DNA of 64,000 bases from an uncultured Rhodospirillales bacterium (GCA_902777205.1 CACYSU010000004.1:4125-68124), one strand, 5' to 3'; positions 46,178-56,492 are shown, counted from the stretch's first letter. Notes: generated by a model not told the origin, from the sequence alone. Made by a program: numbers and translations.

Positions 46178-47227
46178 ATGAAAAAACTTTTAGCTTTATT
46201 GATCGGCGTCTGCCTGATCGTTCCGGTTGCCGACGCGTCGGCAAAGGCGGTCAAGCTGGGACGCGGCAAAACGGTTTCTTCCGGCCTGCCGGGAAAGATC
46301 GGCGGCAAAACGTCCATCGGCGAAACGGAAAAGAAATGCGATTCGTCGTGCGCCACCTGCGACAAAAAAACGGGTCAATGCCTGACCTGCCCGACAAATA
46401 TGCGGTTGGATAACGGCAAATGTTACAACGTTTGTTCCGGCGTGTCCTGCATTTCCAGCAACTATTCCCCGAACGTGACGAACAAAGGATGCTGTTGCGA
46501 ACGCATCACCTGCCCGTCGGGTCAGCGTTTGTCGAACGGAACGTGCGTCAACGTTTGTTCCGGCGTTCAATGCGCGCCCAATTACATTCCCACGGCGTCG
46601 GGCAACAAATGCTGTTGCGAATCGTCTTGCGGCACCGATAAAGTGTACAACCCCACGATCGGCAAATGCGTTGAAAAAATCTGCCCGACGGGTTGCGCGA
46701 ATATGTGCGTGACGGGTTGCAATTCATGCTCGACGGGATATTATCTGGATTACGATAACGGCAGATGCCCGTTGTGTTCCGACAAAATCGCGAATTGCGC
46801 GAAATGCACGTCGAAAGCCGGCGCAACGTCCGGAACATCCGTGACCTGCACGGCGTGCGCGGACGGTTATGAGCTGTCGGGCGGCAAATGCGTGGCGTCC
46901 TGTCCGACGGGTTGTTCGTCGTGCTCTTCGTCCTCGACTTGCACGGGATGCGACAGCGGCTATTACCTCAGCAGCGGATCGTGCCTCGCCTGTCCGGAAA
47001 ACGCGACCTGCAAGGGCGGAACGGAAACGTTCATTTGTGATAGCGGATTCAAAAAATCCGGCAAGTTCTGCATAGCCTTGGTTCTGAATAAAGACTTGGG
47101 CGGCGGTTGTAGCGGCAACAGTAAAATTCCGAGCGTTTGTCCGAACGGAACGACCCGCACATCCCGCGGATGTTGCCCGCAGAATGCCACAAAGGATTAC
47201 CAGTGCTATCAATGCGCCGTAATGTGA
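46178..47227 (+). CDS. Secreted cysteine-rich repeat protein (48 Cys in the mature part; furin-like/VSP-like CXXC repeats)
   Basis: Signal peptide ending ADASA. AGGAGG SD present. Internal roughly 41-aa duplication (NG.C.NVCSGV.C...Y.P....NKCCCE) followed by C-x2-C-x2-GYYL-x5-C-x2-C units. Followed by a strong terminator. Confidence 0.75.
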   Translation: MKKLLALLIGVCLIVPVADASAKAVKLGRGKTVSSGLPGKIGGKTSIGETEKKCDSSCATCDKKTGQCLTCPTNMRLDNGKCYNVCSGVSCISSNYSPNVTNKGCCCERITCPSGQRLSNGTCVNVCSGVQCAPNYIPTASGNKCCCESSCGTDKVYNPTIGKCVEKICPTGCANMCVTGCNSCSTGYYLDYDNGRCPLCSDKIANCAKCTSKAGATSGTSVTCTACADGYELSGGKCVASCPTGCSSCSSSSTCTGCDSGYYLSSGSCLACPENATCKGGTETFICDSGFKKSGKFCIALVLNKDLGGGCSGNSKIPSVCPNGTTRTSRGCCPQNATKDYQCYQCAVM

Positions 47228-47263
47228 GCAATATCTATTGATCCGGATTGATCATAAAAAAAA

Positions 47264-47293
47264 CAGCGGGGATTTCTCTCCGCTGTTTTTTTT
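47264..47293 (+). terminator. Intrinsic terminator after the Cys-rich gene pair
   Basis: CAGCGGGGA-TTTC-TCTCCGCTG stem followed by T8, preceded by A8. Confidence 0.85.
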
Positions 47294-47429
47294 ATCTTTT
47301 TTCCCCGCGCGCCGCACCGCCCGAACACGTTCGGCAATCTTGGAATTTTCTAAAAAAACCGAATAAAAAAAACGCCGATGATATATATTACGGAATGACG
47401 GCAAACAAGAATTTAACGGAACGACGGAT

Positions 47430-47906
47430 ATGGAAATAAAAGAAGTCAGGGACGGCAAAAAACAATTTATTTCATTGCTGCTGTTGGCGGACGAACAGGA
47501 AAACATGATCGACCGCTATCTTGAAAACGGCACGATGTATGTGCTTGAAGACAACGGCGTAAAAGCCGAATGCGTTGTCACCGACGAAGGATCCGGCATA
47601 CTGGAAATCAAAAACATCGCCGTTGTTCCGGAACATCAAAGAAACGGATACGGCAAAGCGCTGATCGATTTTCTTGTCCGCAAATACGCGGCCGGTTATT
47701 CCGTTTTGCAGGTCGGCACGGGGGACAGCCCCCTGACCGTACCGTTTTATGAAAAATGCGGCTTCGTCCGTTTCCGCACTCTCCCGAATTTCTTTACGGA
47801 CAACTACGACCACCCGATATATGAATCCGGCGTCCTGTTGTCGGACATGGTGTATCTGCAAAAACGTTTACAGATTTGCGACGCCCGAAACGCGGAATGG
47901 ATTTAA
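47430..47906 (+). CDS. GNAT family N-acetyltransferase
   Basis: IAVVPEHQRNGYGKALIDFL (acetyl-CoA binding motif A) and FYEKCGF. Confidence 0.85.
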   Translation: MEIKEVRDGKKQFISLLLLADEQENMIDRYLENGTMYVLEDNGVKAECVVTDEGSGILEIKNIAVVPEHQRNGYGKALIDFLVRKYAAGYSVLQVGTGDSPLTVPFYEKCGFVRFRTLPNFFTDNYDHPIYESGVLLSDMVYLQKRLQICDARNAEWI

Positions 47907-48006
47907 TTTAAAACCATTCTGCGCGCCAAGGGACGGCGCGGGCGTTTTCCGGCCGCATTTTTTTGTTTCCTTTTACCGCGAAAAAGGGTAAACAGGTATT
48001 CGGATC

Positions 48007-48083
48007 GTCCCCGTAGCTCAACCGGATAGAGCGCAGGTTTCCTAAACCTGAGGCTGTGAGTTCGATTCTCGCCGGGGACACCA
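48007..48083 (+). tRNA. tRNA-Arg (anticodon CCT), CCA encoded
   Basis: Manual cloverleaf fold. Acceptor GTCCCCG/CGGGGAC, D arm GCTC-AACCGGATA-GAGC, anticodon arm CAGGT-TTCCTAA-ACCTG, T arm GTGAG-TTCGATT-CTCGC, discriminator A plus CCA. Confidence 0.9.
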
Positions 48084-48091
48084 TTTTTTAT

Positions 48092-49012
48092 TTACAGCAT
48101 GAAATCCTTTCGGATCTGATCCGACAAATTCGCCGTAAAGCCGACAAAATCCGTCAGAAAATCGTGCAGCGGCCGCTCTTTTAATATTCCCGCCAACGTC
48201 CCCGTGTGCAGAAACGCGTGTTCCTGCGACGCGATGTTCAGCGACATCGTATCGGGGCGCAGCGCGCTCAGGCTGGTGACGATTTCGCTGTACGCGGCGT
48301 TCATCGACCGCGGGAACAACGGGTTGAAAATCAGCATTTCCGCGATTTTCGACGGGACGGGCGCTTCCTGATAAATGGAGCGGTAGGCGTGCCATCCGCC
48401 GACGGAGCGCAGCATTTCCCCCCATTGATAATAGTCGATCAACCCTTTGTCCGCGGCGTCGGGCGGCAGCAGGATGTGGTATTTCACGTCCAACAGCCGC
48501 GCGGTGAAATCGGCGCGTTCAATGTACGTCCCCATACGCGCGAATTGGAACGCGTCGTCGTACACCATCATGGACACGGTTTGACCGCGGAACAATTCCG
48601 TCCTGTCCTTGATCCATTCAAAAAATTCGCGAAACCCCGTCCGTTCCAGTGAATCGTAATACAGCCCCTGCAGTTCGATCCACGTCGTATTGATGCTTTC
48701 AAACATTTCTTCGGGCAGGATGCTGCGTTCCGAACGCGTGTTTTCGCGTCCGGCCTTGATGCACGAAAAAACGCCGGACGGGTTGTCCAGATCGAAAATC
48801 ATAAAGTTCAAAACGTTTTTGGACGTTAATTCGCCGTATTTGGCCTTGTACCCGTCAATCTGGCCGGAAATCGTCAGGATCGGATCCCATCCCGCGCCGC
48901 CGCCGGGCAGCTGTTCCATACGGTACGCGGCTTCCAACAACCGCACGACGCCCTGCGCGCGTTCGACCATGCGCGCCATCCAGTAAATATTGTCCGCCGT
49001 TCTGCTTAACAT
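48092..49012 (-). CDS. Alpha-E domain protein (DUF403)
   Basis: MLSRTADNIYWMARMVERAQ is the hallmark N-terminus. Lies directly downstream of the circularly permuted ATP-grasp gene. Confidence 0.85.
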   Translation of the reverse strand: MLSRTADNIYWMARMVERAQGVVRLLEAAYRMEQLPGGGAGWDPILTISGQIDGYKAKYGELTSKNVLNFMIFDLDNPSGVFSCIKAGRENTRSERSILPEEMFESINTTWIELQGLYYDSLERTGFREFFEWIKDRTELFRGQTVSMMVYDDAFQFARMGTYIERADFTARLLDVKYHILLPPDAADKGLIDYYQWGEMLRSVGGWHAYRSIYQEAPVPSKIAEMLIFNPLFPRSMNAAYSEIVTSLSALRPDTMSLNIASQEHAFLHTGTLAGILKERPLHDFLTDFVGFTANLSDQIRKDFML

Positions 49013-49024
49013 CGTTCGACCTCC

Positions 49025-50491
49025 TTACGCGCCCAAAACCCAAGTGTCTTTCGTCCCCCCGCCCTGCGACGAATTGACGACCAGCGACCCTTCGCGCAGC
49101 GCGACACGGGTCAGCGCGCCGGGGACAAGGACGACATCGTCCGGATTACGCATCAACGCGAACGGCCGCAAATCGACATGACGCGGCGCGACACCCTCGG
49201 CACACAGGGTCGGCGACGACGACAAAGCCAGCGTCGGCTGGGCGATGTAGCGGTCGGGATCGGCCTTGATCTTTTCACGGAACAGGTCAAGCTCCGCCTT
49301 TGCCGCCTTGGGCCCGATCAGCATACCGTACCCGCCCGATCCGTGCGTTTCCTTGACGACCAGCTCGCTTAAATGTTCCAGCACATACTTGCAATCGTCG
49401 GGTTTGGCCAGCGTATAGGTCGGCACGTTCGACAAAATCGGCTTTTCGCCCAGATAGAACTCGATCATCTGCGGCACATAAGGATAAACGGATTTGTCGT
49501 CGCACACCCCGTTGCCGATCGCGTTGACCAGCGTGACGTTTTTTTTCATCGCGGCACGGTACAGCCCCGCGCACCCCAGCAGGGAATCCTTGCGAAACAC
49601 TTCGGGGTCAAGGAATTTGTCGTCAATGCGGCGATAGATGACATCAACCTTTTCGGGGCCTTCGACCGTACGCATATAAACGCAATCGTCGGAATCCACG
49701 AACAGATCCTGTCCCGTGACCAGCTCGATCCCCATTTCCGACGCCAGAAAAGCGTGTTCAAAATACGCGCTGTTGTAAATGCCGGGGGTGAACAGCACGC
49801 ACCGCGGGTTTTCCACGCCGTCGGGGGCGGAGGATTCCAGCGTGCTTTTCAATTCGCGCGGATAATGGTTGACGGGCAAAACGTTGTACGTTTTAAACAA
49901 ATCGGGGAACAGGCGCATCATGACCTCGCGGTCTTCCAGCATATAGGAAACGCCGGACGGGCAACGCAGGTTATCCTCCAACACATAGAACTGGTCGGGG
50001 GACACGCGCACGATGTCGATGCCGGAAATGTGCGTATGAACGCCGTTCGGCGGGGTGAAGCCCTCGACTTCGGCGGTGTATTCCGTGTTTTGCAAAATCA
50101 GGTCTTGCGGCACGACGCCGGCGCGCAAAATGTCCCGCGTCGTATATACGTCCTGCAAAAACCGGTTCAAAGCCTTGACGCGCTGGCAAATGCCGGCGTT
50201 CAGCCTTTCCCATTCCGCGTTGGCCAGCACGCGGGGGATCGGATCGAACGGGATCAAACGTTCGACGCCCGTCTGTTCGCCGTACACCGCGAACGTGATC
50301 CCCATGCGGCGGAACAAAACGTCCGCCTGTTTGTTGCGTTGTTCCAAAATCTCGGGCGGCTGCGTTTTCAACCACTTTTCATACAGGACGTAAGCCGATG
50401 ACACCGACCCGTCCGCACCGATCATTTCATCATAAGAGGAAGTTTTGTAAAAGCCCTCCTCTGCGTAGCCGTCGTTTGAGTTTCCGGACAT
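49025..50491 (-). CDS. Circularly permuted type-2 ATP-grasp protein (DUF404/DUF407)
   Basis: About 488 aa with ...LEDNLRCPSGVSYMLEDR..., KETHGSGGYGMLIGP and SSQGGGTKDTWV, typical of this family. The ATG at 50491 is preferred. Confidence 0.87.
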   Translation of the reverse strand: MSGNSNDGYAEEGFYKTSSYDEMIGADGSVSSAYVLYEKWLKTQPPEILEQRNKQADVLFRRMGITFAVYGEQTGVERLIPFDPIPRVLANAEWERLNAGICQRVKALNRFLQDVYTTRDILRAGVVPQDLILQNTEYTAEVEGFTPPNGVHTHISGIDIVRVSPDQFYVLEDNLRCPSGVSYMLEDREVMMRLFPDLFKTYNVLPVNHYPRELKSTLESSAPDGVENPRCVLFTPGIYNSAYFEHAFLASEMGIELVTGQDLFVDSDDCVYMRTVEGPEKVDVIYRRIDDKFLDPEVFRKDSLLGCAGLYRAAMKKNVTLVNAIGNGVCDDKSVYPYVPQMIEFYLGEKPILSNVPTYTLAKPDDCKYVLEHLSELVVKETHGSGGYGMLIGPKAAKAELDLFREKIKADPDRYIAQPTLALSSSPTLCAEGVAPRHVDLRPFALMRNPDDVVLVPGALTRVALREGSLVVNSSQGGGTKDTWVLGA

Positions 50492-50608
50492 GGCGAAGCG
50501 ATCCTCCTGAATTGCTTTCAACGAAAAGATATTATATGTTAGTTTGATCTTAATCAATTTTTATGAATAATGATTTTGACATTTTCCACGGGTTTCATAG
50601 GCGCAATC

Positions 50609-50911
50609 ATGAAAAAAACGGCTTTTTACCTTACATTCTTTCTGTTTTCGGCGGGATTGTCCGCCTGTACGCGGATCATCGTCCCCGGCACGAACGAAAC
50701 CGTCATCCTGCAGCAGCCCGTCACGCGCGAGGTTTACTATTGCGAATCGGACGAATACGCGTCCGCGGCCGTCTGCGCGGCGGAGCTGGAGGAACAGGGG
50801 TTCGTCCGCCTGACGGACAAATCCGTTTTTTCCGGCAAGGACGATATGCCGCAAAAGGGTTCCTACCCCCCGCGCCGCTATCGCGACAACCAAGCCGTGC
50901 CGCGCTGGTGA
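50609..50911 (+). CDS. Small lipoprotein of unknown function
   Basis: MKKTAFYLTFFLFSAGLSAC lipobox. 100 aa. Confidence 0.55.
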   Translation: MKKTAFYLTFFLFSAGLSACTRIIVPGTNETVILQQPVTREVYYCESDEYASAAVCAAELEEQGFVRLTDKSVFSGKDDMPQKGSYPPRRYRDNQAVPRW

Positions 50912-50916
50912 TTTGA

Positions 50917-52440
50917 ATGGTCGCCCGCATCGCCACCGTCGCGTTCAAAGGTGTTGACGTTCTGCCCATCGCGGCCGAAGTCCACATCGCCAACGGACTG
51001 CCCGCCTTCACAATCGTCGGATTGCCCGACAAAGCCGTCGGGGAAAGCAAGGAACGCGTCCGCGCCGCGATGAGCTCCGCCGGACTGGCTTTGCCGTCCA
51101 AACGGATCACGGTCAACCTCGCCCCCGCGGACGTGATCAAAGAGGGTTCGCATTTCGATTTGCCGATCGCCGTCGGCCTGCTGTGCGCCATGGGCGTCAT
51201 TCCCGCCGAACAGCTGGACGGTCTGTGCGTCATGGGCGAACTGGGGCTGGACGGGCGGATCGCCCCCGTCGCCGGCGTTTTGCCCGCGGCCGTCGCCGCC
51301 GCCGCGCGCGGCGAAGGGTTCGTCTGTCCCAAAGCGCAGGGGACGGAAGCCGCTTGGTCGGGAAACCCGACGATTTTAGCCGCGGATTCGCTGTCCGAAC
51401 TGCTGCTGCATTTCAAAGAGGGCAAGCCCCTGCCCGCCCCCGCGGCCGGCGAGATTCCGCCCGCGGCCTTTCACGCCGACATCCGCGAAATCAAAGGGCA
51501 GGAAAACGCGAAACGGGCGGCGGAAATCGCGGCGGCCGGCGGCCACAACCTGTTGATGATCGGCCCGCCGGGGGCGGGAAAATCCATGCTGGCGGCGCGG
51601 GTGCCGACCATTATGCCGCCATTGACAACCGCGGAAATTCTGGAAATCAGCATGATCCATTCCGTCGCGGGGTTGTTGCGCGACGGGCGGTTGATCACCG
51701 AACGCCCGTTCCGTTCGCCGCATCATTCGGCGTCGATGCCGGCGTTGATCGGCGGCGGACAGAAAGCCAAACCCGGCGAAGTTTCCTTGGCACACAAAGG
51801 GGTTCTGTTTTTGGACGAACTGCCCGAATTTTCGCGCGTGGCCTTGGATTCCCTGCGCCAGCCGCTGGAAACCGGCGAAGTGTCCGTCGCGCGCGCCAGC
51901 ATCCACGTCACCTATCCCGCGCGTTTTCAGCTGATCGCCGCGATGAACCCGTGCCGGTGCGGCTATCTGGGGGTGAACGGTCAGGAATGTTCCCGCGCGC
52001 CCAAATGCGGCGAGGAATACCAGTCGCGCATATCGGGCCCGCTGTTCGACAGGATCGACTTGCACGTCGAAGTCCCCGCCGTCGCGCCGTGGGATTTGGC
52101 CAAAGCGGCCGAGGGCGAATCGTCGGCGGCCGTCAAAGCCCGCGTCGAATCGGCGCTGGACAGGCAACGCGCCCGTTATGAAAGGCTGGCGCCGGATTCG
52201 GGCGTGACGCGAAACGCGCAGGCGTCCGGCGATGTTTTGGAAAACACGGTCGGGCTGGCCGCCGGCGCGGAGGATCTGCTGGTCGCGGCGTGTGAAAAGA
52301 TGCGTTTGTCCGCGCGCGGATACCACCGCGTCCTGCGCGTCGCCCGCACGATCGCCGATCTGGCCGGATCGGACGGCGTTTCAACCGCGCACATCGCCGA
52401 AGCCCTGTCCTACCGGCGCATCGTCCACGGCAGGGGATAA
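50917..52440 (+). CDS. yifB: YifB/ComM family Mg-chelatase-like AAA+ ATPase
   Basis: N-terminal Lon-protease-like fold (HIANGLPAFTIVGLPDKAV), Walker A GPPGAGKS, VLFLDELPEF and a Cys cluster (NPCRCGY...C). Confidence 0.92.
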   Translation: MVARIATVAFKGVDVLPIAAEVHIANGLPAFTIVGLPDKAVGESKERVRAAMSSAGLALPSKRITVNLAPADVIKEGSHFDLPIAVGLLCAMGVIPAEQLDGLCVMGELGLDGRIAPVAGVLPAAVAAAARGEGFVCPKAQGTEAAWSGNPTILAADSLSELLLHFKEGKPLPAPAAGEIPPAAFHADIREIKGQENAKRAAEIAAAGGHNLLMIGPPGAGKSMLAARVPTIMPPLTTAEILEISMIHSVAGLLRDGRLITERPFRSPHHSASMPALIGGGQKAKPGEVSLAHKGVLFLDELPEFSRVALDSLRQPLETGEVSVARASIHVTYPARFQLIAAMNPCRCGYLGVNGQECSRAPKCGEEYQSRISGPLFDRIDLHVEVPAVAPWDLAKAAEGESSAAVKARVESALDRQRARYERLAPDSGVTRNAQASGDVLENTVGLAAGAEDLLVAACEKMRLSARGYHRVLRVARTIADLAGSDGVSTAHIAEALSYRRIVHGRG

Positions 52441-52452
52441 AGGAGGAAAAGC

Positions 52453-53163
52453 ATGGATTCCGGAAAAGAGCGCGCTTTGAACTCGCCGCTGATTTTGGTG
52501 GTTGACGACGACACGCGGCTGCGCAAACTGTTGCAAAAGTTTTTGTCCGAAAACGGTTTCCGCGTGTTTTCCGCGGCCGACACGCGCGAAGCCGACGCCA
52601 TGATGTCGTGGTACGCTTTCGATTTATTGGTGGTGGATGTGATGATGCCGGGGGAATCGGGGGTCGAGTTCACCAGACGCCTGCGTTCGGCCGGTCAGAA
52701 CGTCCCCGTTTTGATCCTGACCGCGATGGGGGAAACGGACGACCGCATCGCGGGGCTGGAATCCGGCGCGGACGACTATCTGCCCAAACCGTTCGAGCCG
52801 CGCGAACTGCTGCTGCGCATCAACGGCATCCTGCGCCGCGTGATGAGCAAGCCGCCCGAAAAGCAAAAGGCCGAAGTCAAATTCGGAACGCACCGTTACG
52901 ATCTGGACGAACACGTTTTGTATTGCGGATCGGAACGCGTTCGGCTGCCGGCGGCGGAATCGGCGCTGCTGCAGCTGCTGGCCGAACGCGCGGGACAGGA
53001 CATTTCGCGCGAAGAGCTGGCGCAAAAAACAGGCAACGAAACCAATCTGCGCACCATCGACGTGCAAATCACGCGCCTGCGCCGCAAAATCGAACCCGAC
53101 GCGGGAACGCCGCGCTACATCCAAACGATCCGCGGCAAGGGATATTGCCTGATCCCCGATTAA
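52453..53163 (+). CDS. OmpR-family response regulator
   Basis: Receiver domain with ILVVDDD, LLVVDVMMPG and a winged-helix output (IDVQITRLRRKIE...IQTIRGKGY). AGGAGG SD present. Confidence 0.92.
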   Translation: MDSGKERALNSPLILVVDDDTRLRKLLQKFLSENGFRVFSAADTREADAMMSWYAFDLLVVDVMMPGESGVEFTRRLRSAGQNVPVLILTAMGETDDRIAGLESGADDYLPKPFEPRELLLRINGILRRVMSKPPEKQKAEVKFGTHRYDLDEHVLYCGSERVRLPAAESALLQLLAERAGQDISREELAQKTGNETNLRTIDVQITRLRRKIEPDAGTPRYIQTIRGKGYCLIPD

Positions 53164-53183
53164 AGAGTTAAAGGAGGCCGGAA

Positions 53184-54515
53184 ATGAGTTTAAAGGATTT
53201 CATCCGTTCCGCGCGCCTGCGCCTGCTGCCGCGCCGGCTGTGGTCGCGCGCCATGCTGATTTTGGTGCTGCCCGTCGTTTTGCTGCAGGTTGTCAGCAGC
53301 ATCCTGTTTTACGACAACCACTGGCAAAGCGTCAGCCGCCGTCTGGCGTTGGGGGTCGTTTCCGACATTCAGGGCGCGTTGGCGATGTACGACGCTTTTC
53401 CGGATCAGGCGGATCGCGACAAAATCCTTGACATCATCCGTGTGTCCGCCGGATTGGACGTGCGGTTTTCCGCCGCGCGCACACCCCCCGCCGTCATCAA
53501 AAACAAACCGAACACCCGAACGGCCGAGCTGCTGCCCGCTTTGGAACGCGTCGGCGCGCCGTTCGTCCTGCTGAACCTGACCGAAGCCCGCAGCGTCCTG
53601 ATCACGTTCTATCTGCCCGATTACACGGCCGAAGTCATCATCCCTTATAAAAAGTTCTTTTCGACGACGACGTATGTTTTCGCGTGGTGGGTTTTGTTTT
53701 CGGCGCTGTTGTTCACGGGCATCGCGGTATTGTTCCTGCGCAACCAGATCCGCCCCGTCCTGCGCCTGTCCGAAGCGGCGAAAAACTTCGGCTTGGGGCG
53801 CGACATCGACAAATTCAAACCCGAAGGCGCGACCGAAGTCCGGCAGGCCGCCCTGTCGTTTTTGCAAATGCGCGACCGCATCCGCCGCCACATCGACGAA
53901 CGCACCCGTATGCTGGCGGGCGTGTCGCACGATTTGCGCACGCCGCTGACGCGGATGCGGCTGCAGCTGGCCATGATGGATTCAAGCGACGACAACATCG
54001 CCGATTTGCAGCAGGACGTTTCCGAAATGGAACGCATGGTCAACGGCTATCTGGATTTCGCCCGCGGCGAAGGCAAGGAAAAAATCGAATCGACCGACAT
54101 CGTCAAACTGATTTCCGACACGCTGATGGGACTGCACAAAAACGGGCTGTCCGTGCAATTCATCTGCAATTCGGCGCTGACCATGGACGTGCGGCGCAGC
54201 GATTTGAAACGCTGCCTGTGGAATTTGGTGACGAACGCCGGCCGTTACGGCACGCAGATCGTCGTTTCCATGACGGTCGCGGACAAAACGCTGGAAATAT
54301 CGGTGGAGGACAACGGCCCCGGAATCCCCCCCGAAAAACGCGAAGACGTGTTCAAGGCTTTCTTCCGTCTGGACGAATCGCGCAACGCGGAAACGGGCGG
54401 CGTCGGGTTGGGGTTGACGATCACGCGCGACATCGTGTTGGCGCACGGCGGAAAAATATACATGACGGACAGCACTTTGGGCGGGTTGAAAGTCGTCATG
54501 CTGTTTCCGATTTGA
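53184..54515 (+). CDS. EnvZ-like sensor histidine kinase
   Basis: Two TM helices, a HAMP domain, the H-box [18 protein letters not shown], the N-box [10 protein letters not shown] and the G-boxes DNGPGIP and GVGLGL. Confidence 0.9.
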   Translation: MSLKDFIRSARLRLLPRRLWSRAMLILVLPVVLLQVVSSILFYDNHWQSVSRRLALGVVSDIQGALAMYDAFPDQADRDKILDIIRVSAGLDVRFSAARTPPAVIKNKPNTRTAELLPALERVGAPFVLLNLTEARSVLITFYLPDYTAEVIIPYKKFFSTTTYVFAWWVLFSALLFTGIAVLFLRNQIRPVLRLSEAAKNFGLGRDIDKFKPEGATEVRQAALSFLQMRDRIRRHIDERTRMLAGVSHDLRTPLTRMRLQLAMMDSSDDNIADLQQDVSEMERMVNGYLDFARGEGKEKIESTDIVKLISDTLMGLHKNGLSVQFICNSALTMDVRRSDLKRCLWNLVTNAGRYGTQIVVSMTVADKTLEISVEDNGPGIPPEKREDVFKAFFRLDESRNAETGGVGLGLTITRDIVLAHGGKIYMTDSTLGGLKVVMLFPI

Positions 54516-54630
54516 AAATCGGAACGCCGGCCGTTTAAAAAAGCTATCCCTTTTTTTGAAATTCGGTTACACTCTTGGCGTACCGGAATCAATCTCGATT
54601 CCCCCAGACTTTTTAAACAGAGGTAAGGTA

Positions 54631-56469
54631 ATGCAAACAAATTATACACCTGAAAAGACCCAGAACGCGAAATTGATCGACTGGGTTGAAAAAATGGCTG
54701 AATTGTGCCAACCCGACGCCGTTCATTGGTGCGACGGTTCAAAAGAGGAAAACGACGCCCTGTGCGACCTGCTGGTCAAAAAAGGCACGTTTATCAAATT
54801 GAACGAACAGAAACGCCCGAACAGCTACCTTGCCCGTTCCAACCCGCAGGACGTCGCCCGCGTCGAAGCGCGCACGTTCATCTGTTCCGAACGCGAAATC
54901 GACGCCGGCCCCACGAACAACTGGGCCAACCCCAAGGAAATGAAGGAAAAGCTGCATTCCTTGTTCAAAGGTTGTATGCACGGCAGAACAATGTACGTCA
55001 TCCCGTTTTCGATGGGTCCCTTGGGTTCTCATATTTCAAAAATCGGCGTTGAAATCACGGATTCGCCCTATGTCGTCGTCAACATGGCGATCATGGCGCG
55101 CACGGGTCAGAAAGTTTTGGACATCATGGGCAAGGACGGCGTTTTCATTCCGTGTATGCATTCCGTCGGTATGCCGCTGGACGACGGCAAACAGGACGTA
55201 ACGTGGCCCTGCAATCCCGAAAACACCTACATCACCCACTTTCCCGAAACTCGCGAAATCTGGTCGTTCGGTTCGGGTTACGGCGGCAACGCGCTGTTGG
55301 GCAAAAAATGTCTGGCGTTGCGTATCGCAACCGTTCAGGCGCGCGACGAAGGATGGCTGGCCGAACATATGCTGATCGTCGGCATTGAAAATCCGCAGGG
55401 TGAAAAGACCTACGTTTCCGCCGCGTTCCCCAGCGCCTGCGGCAAAACGAACCTCGCCATGCTGATTCCGCCCGCTTCGTTCAAAGGATGGAAAGTCTGG
55501 ACGGTCGGCGACGACATCGCGTGGATCAAACCGGGGAAAGACGGCCGTTTGTACGCCATCAACCCCGAAGCCGGATTCTTCGGCGTCGCCCCCGGCACGT
55601 CCGAAAAAACGAACTACAACGCGATCCAGTCCTGCCGCGCCAACACGATTTTCACGAACGTCGCGCTGACCGACGACGGCGACGTGTGGTGGGAAGGCAT
55701 GACCGATGAAAAACCCGCGCACCTGATCGACTGGAAAGGCAACGATTGGACGCCCGCCAGCGAAACGCCGGCCGCGCATCCGAACTCCCGCTTTACGGCG
55801 CCGGCGCGTCAATGCCCGACGATCGACCCCGATTGGGAAAATCCGGAAGGCGTGCCCATTTCCGCGTTCATTTTCGGCGGACGTCTGGCGCACAACACCC
55901 CGCTGGTTTACCAGTCGTTCAACTGGGCTCACGGCGTGTATCTGGCCGCCACGATGGGTTCCGAAAAGACGGCCGCGGCCGAAGGCGCCGGCGGTATCCG
56001 CCGCGACCCGTTCGCGATGCTGCCGTTCTGCGGTTACAATATGGCCGATTACTGGTCGCATTGGATTGAAATGAAGCGTCTGGCTCCGAACGCGCCGAAG
56101 ATTTTCCGCGTCAACTGGTTCCGCAAAGACGAAAACGGTCATTTCATGTGGCCGGGATACGGCGACAATATGCGCGTCCTGAAATGGATCATCGACCGCG
56201 TTCACAACCGCGTCGGCGCGCAGGAAGGCCCCGTCGGCCTGATGCCGTATTACAAGGATTTGGACTTCACCGGCTTGGACTACACCGAAGAAAAGTTCAA
56301 AGAATTGATGGCGATCGACAAGAACGAAGGTCTGAAAGACACCGAAGACCAGCAGAAATACTTCCGTCCGTTCGTCGAACAGCAGCGTTTGCCGAAGGAA
56401 TTCATTTCCGAACTCAGCTTGCTGTCGCTGCGTTTTGAACGTTCCGAAGAAATCTGGAAACCCGTCTGA
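54631..56469 (+). CDS. pckG: Phosphoenolpyruvate carboxykinase (GTP)
   Basis: About 612 aa with FPSACGKTN (kinase-1a), WVGDDIAWI-like [12 protein letters not shown] and [23 protein letters not shown], typical of the GTP-dependent enzyme. Confidence 0.95.
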   Translation: MQTNYTPEKTQNAKLIDWVEKMAELCQPDAVHWCDGSKEENDALCDLLVKKGTFIKLNEQKRPNSYLARSNPQDVARVEARTFICSEREIDAGPTNNWANPKEMKEKLHSLFKGCMHGRTMYVIPFSMGPLGSHISKIGVEITDSPYVVVNMAIMARTGQKVLDIMGKDGVFIPCMHSVGMPLDDGKQDVTWPCNPENTYITHFPETREIWSFGSGYGGNALLGKKCLALRIATVQARDEGWLAEHMLIVGIENPQGEKTYVSAAFPSACGKTNLAMLIPPASFKGWKVWTVGDDIAWIKPGKDGRLYAINPEAGFFGVAPGTSEKTNYNAIQSCRANTIFTNVALTDDGDVWWEGMTDEKPAHLIDWKGNDWTPASETPAAHPNSRFTAPARQCPTIDPDWENPEGVPISAFIFGGRLAHNTPLVYQSFNWAHGVYLAATMGSEKTAAAEGAGGIRRDPFAMLPFCGYNMADYWSHWIEMKRLAPNAPKIFRVNWFRKDENGHFMWPGYGDNMRVLKWIIDRVHNRVGAQEGPVGLMPYYKDLDFTGLDYTEEKFKELMAIDKNEGLKDTEDQQKYFRPFVEQQRLPKEFISELSLLSLRFERSEEIWKPV

Positions 56470-56492
56470 TCGACGCGGTCAACTTGAAAAAA

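Noticed and set aside
45419-48091. Possible genomic island (Cys-rich genes plus GNAT) integrated at tRNA-Arg(CCT).
   Set aside because: There is no integrase, no recombinase, and no direct repeat of the tRNA 3' end that I could find. The cargo lies on the 5' side of the tRNA rather than the 3' side, where tRNA-targeting islands insert. The GC drop is modest and mainly confined to the first gene.
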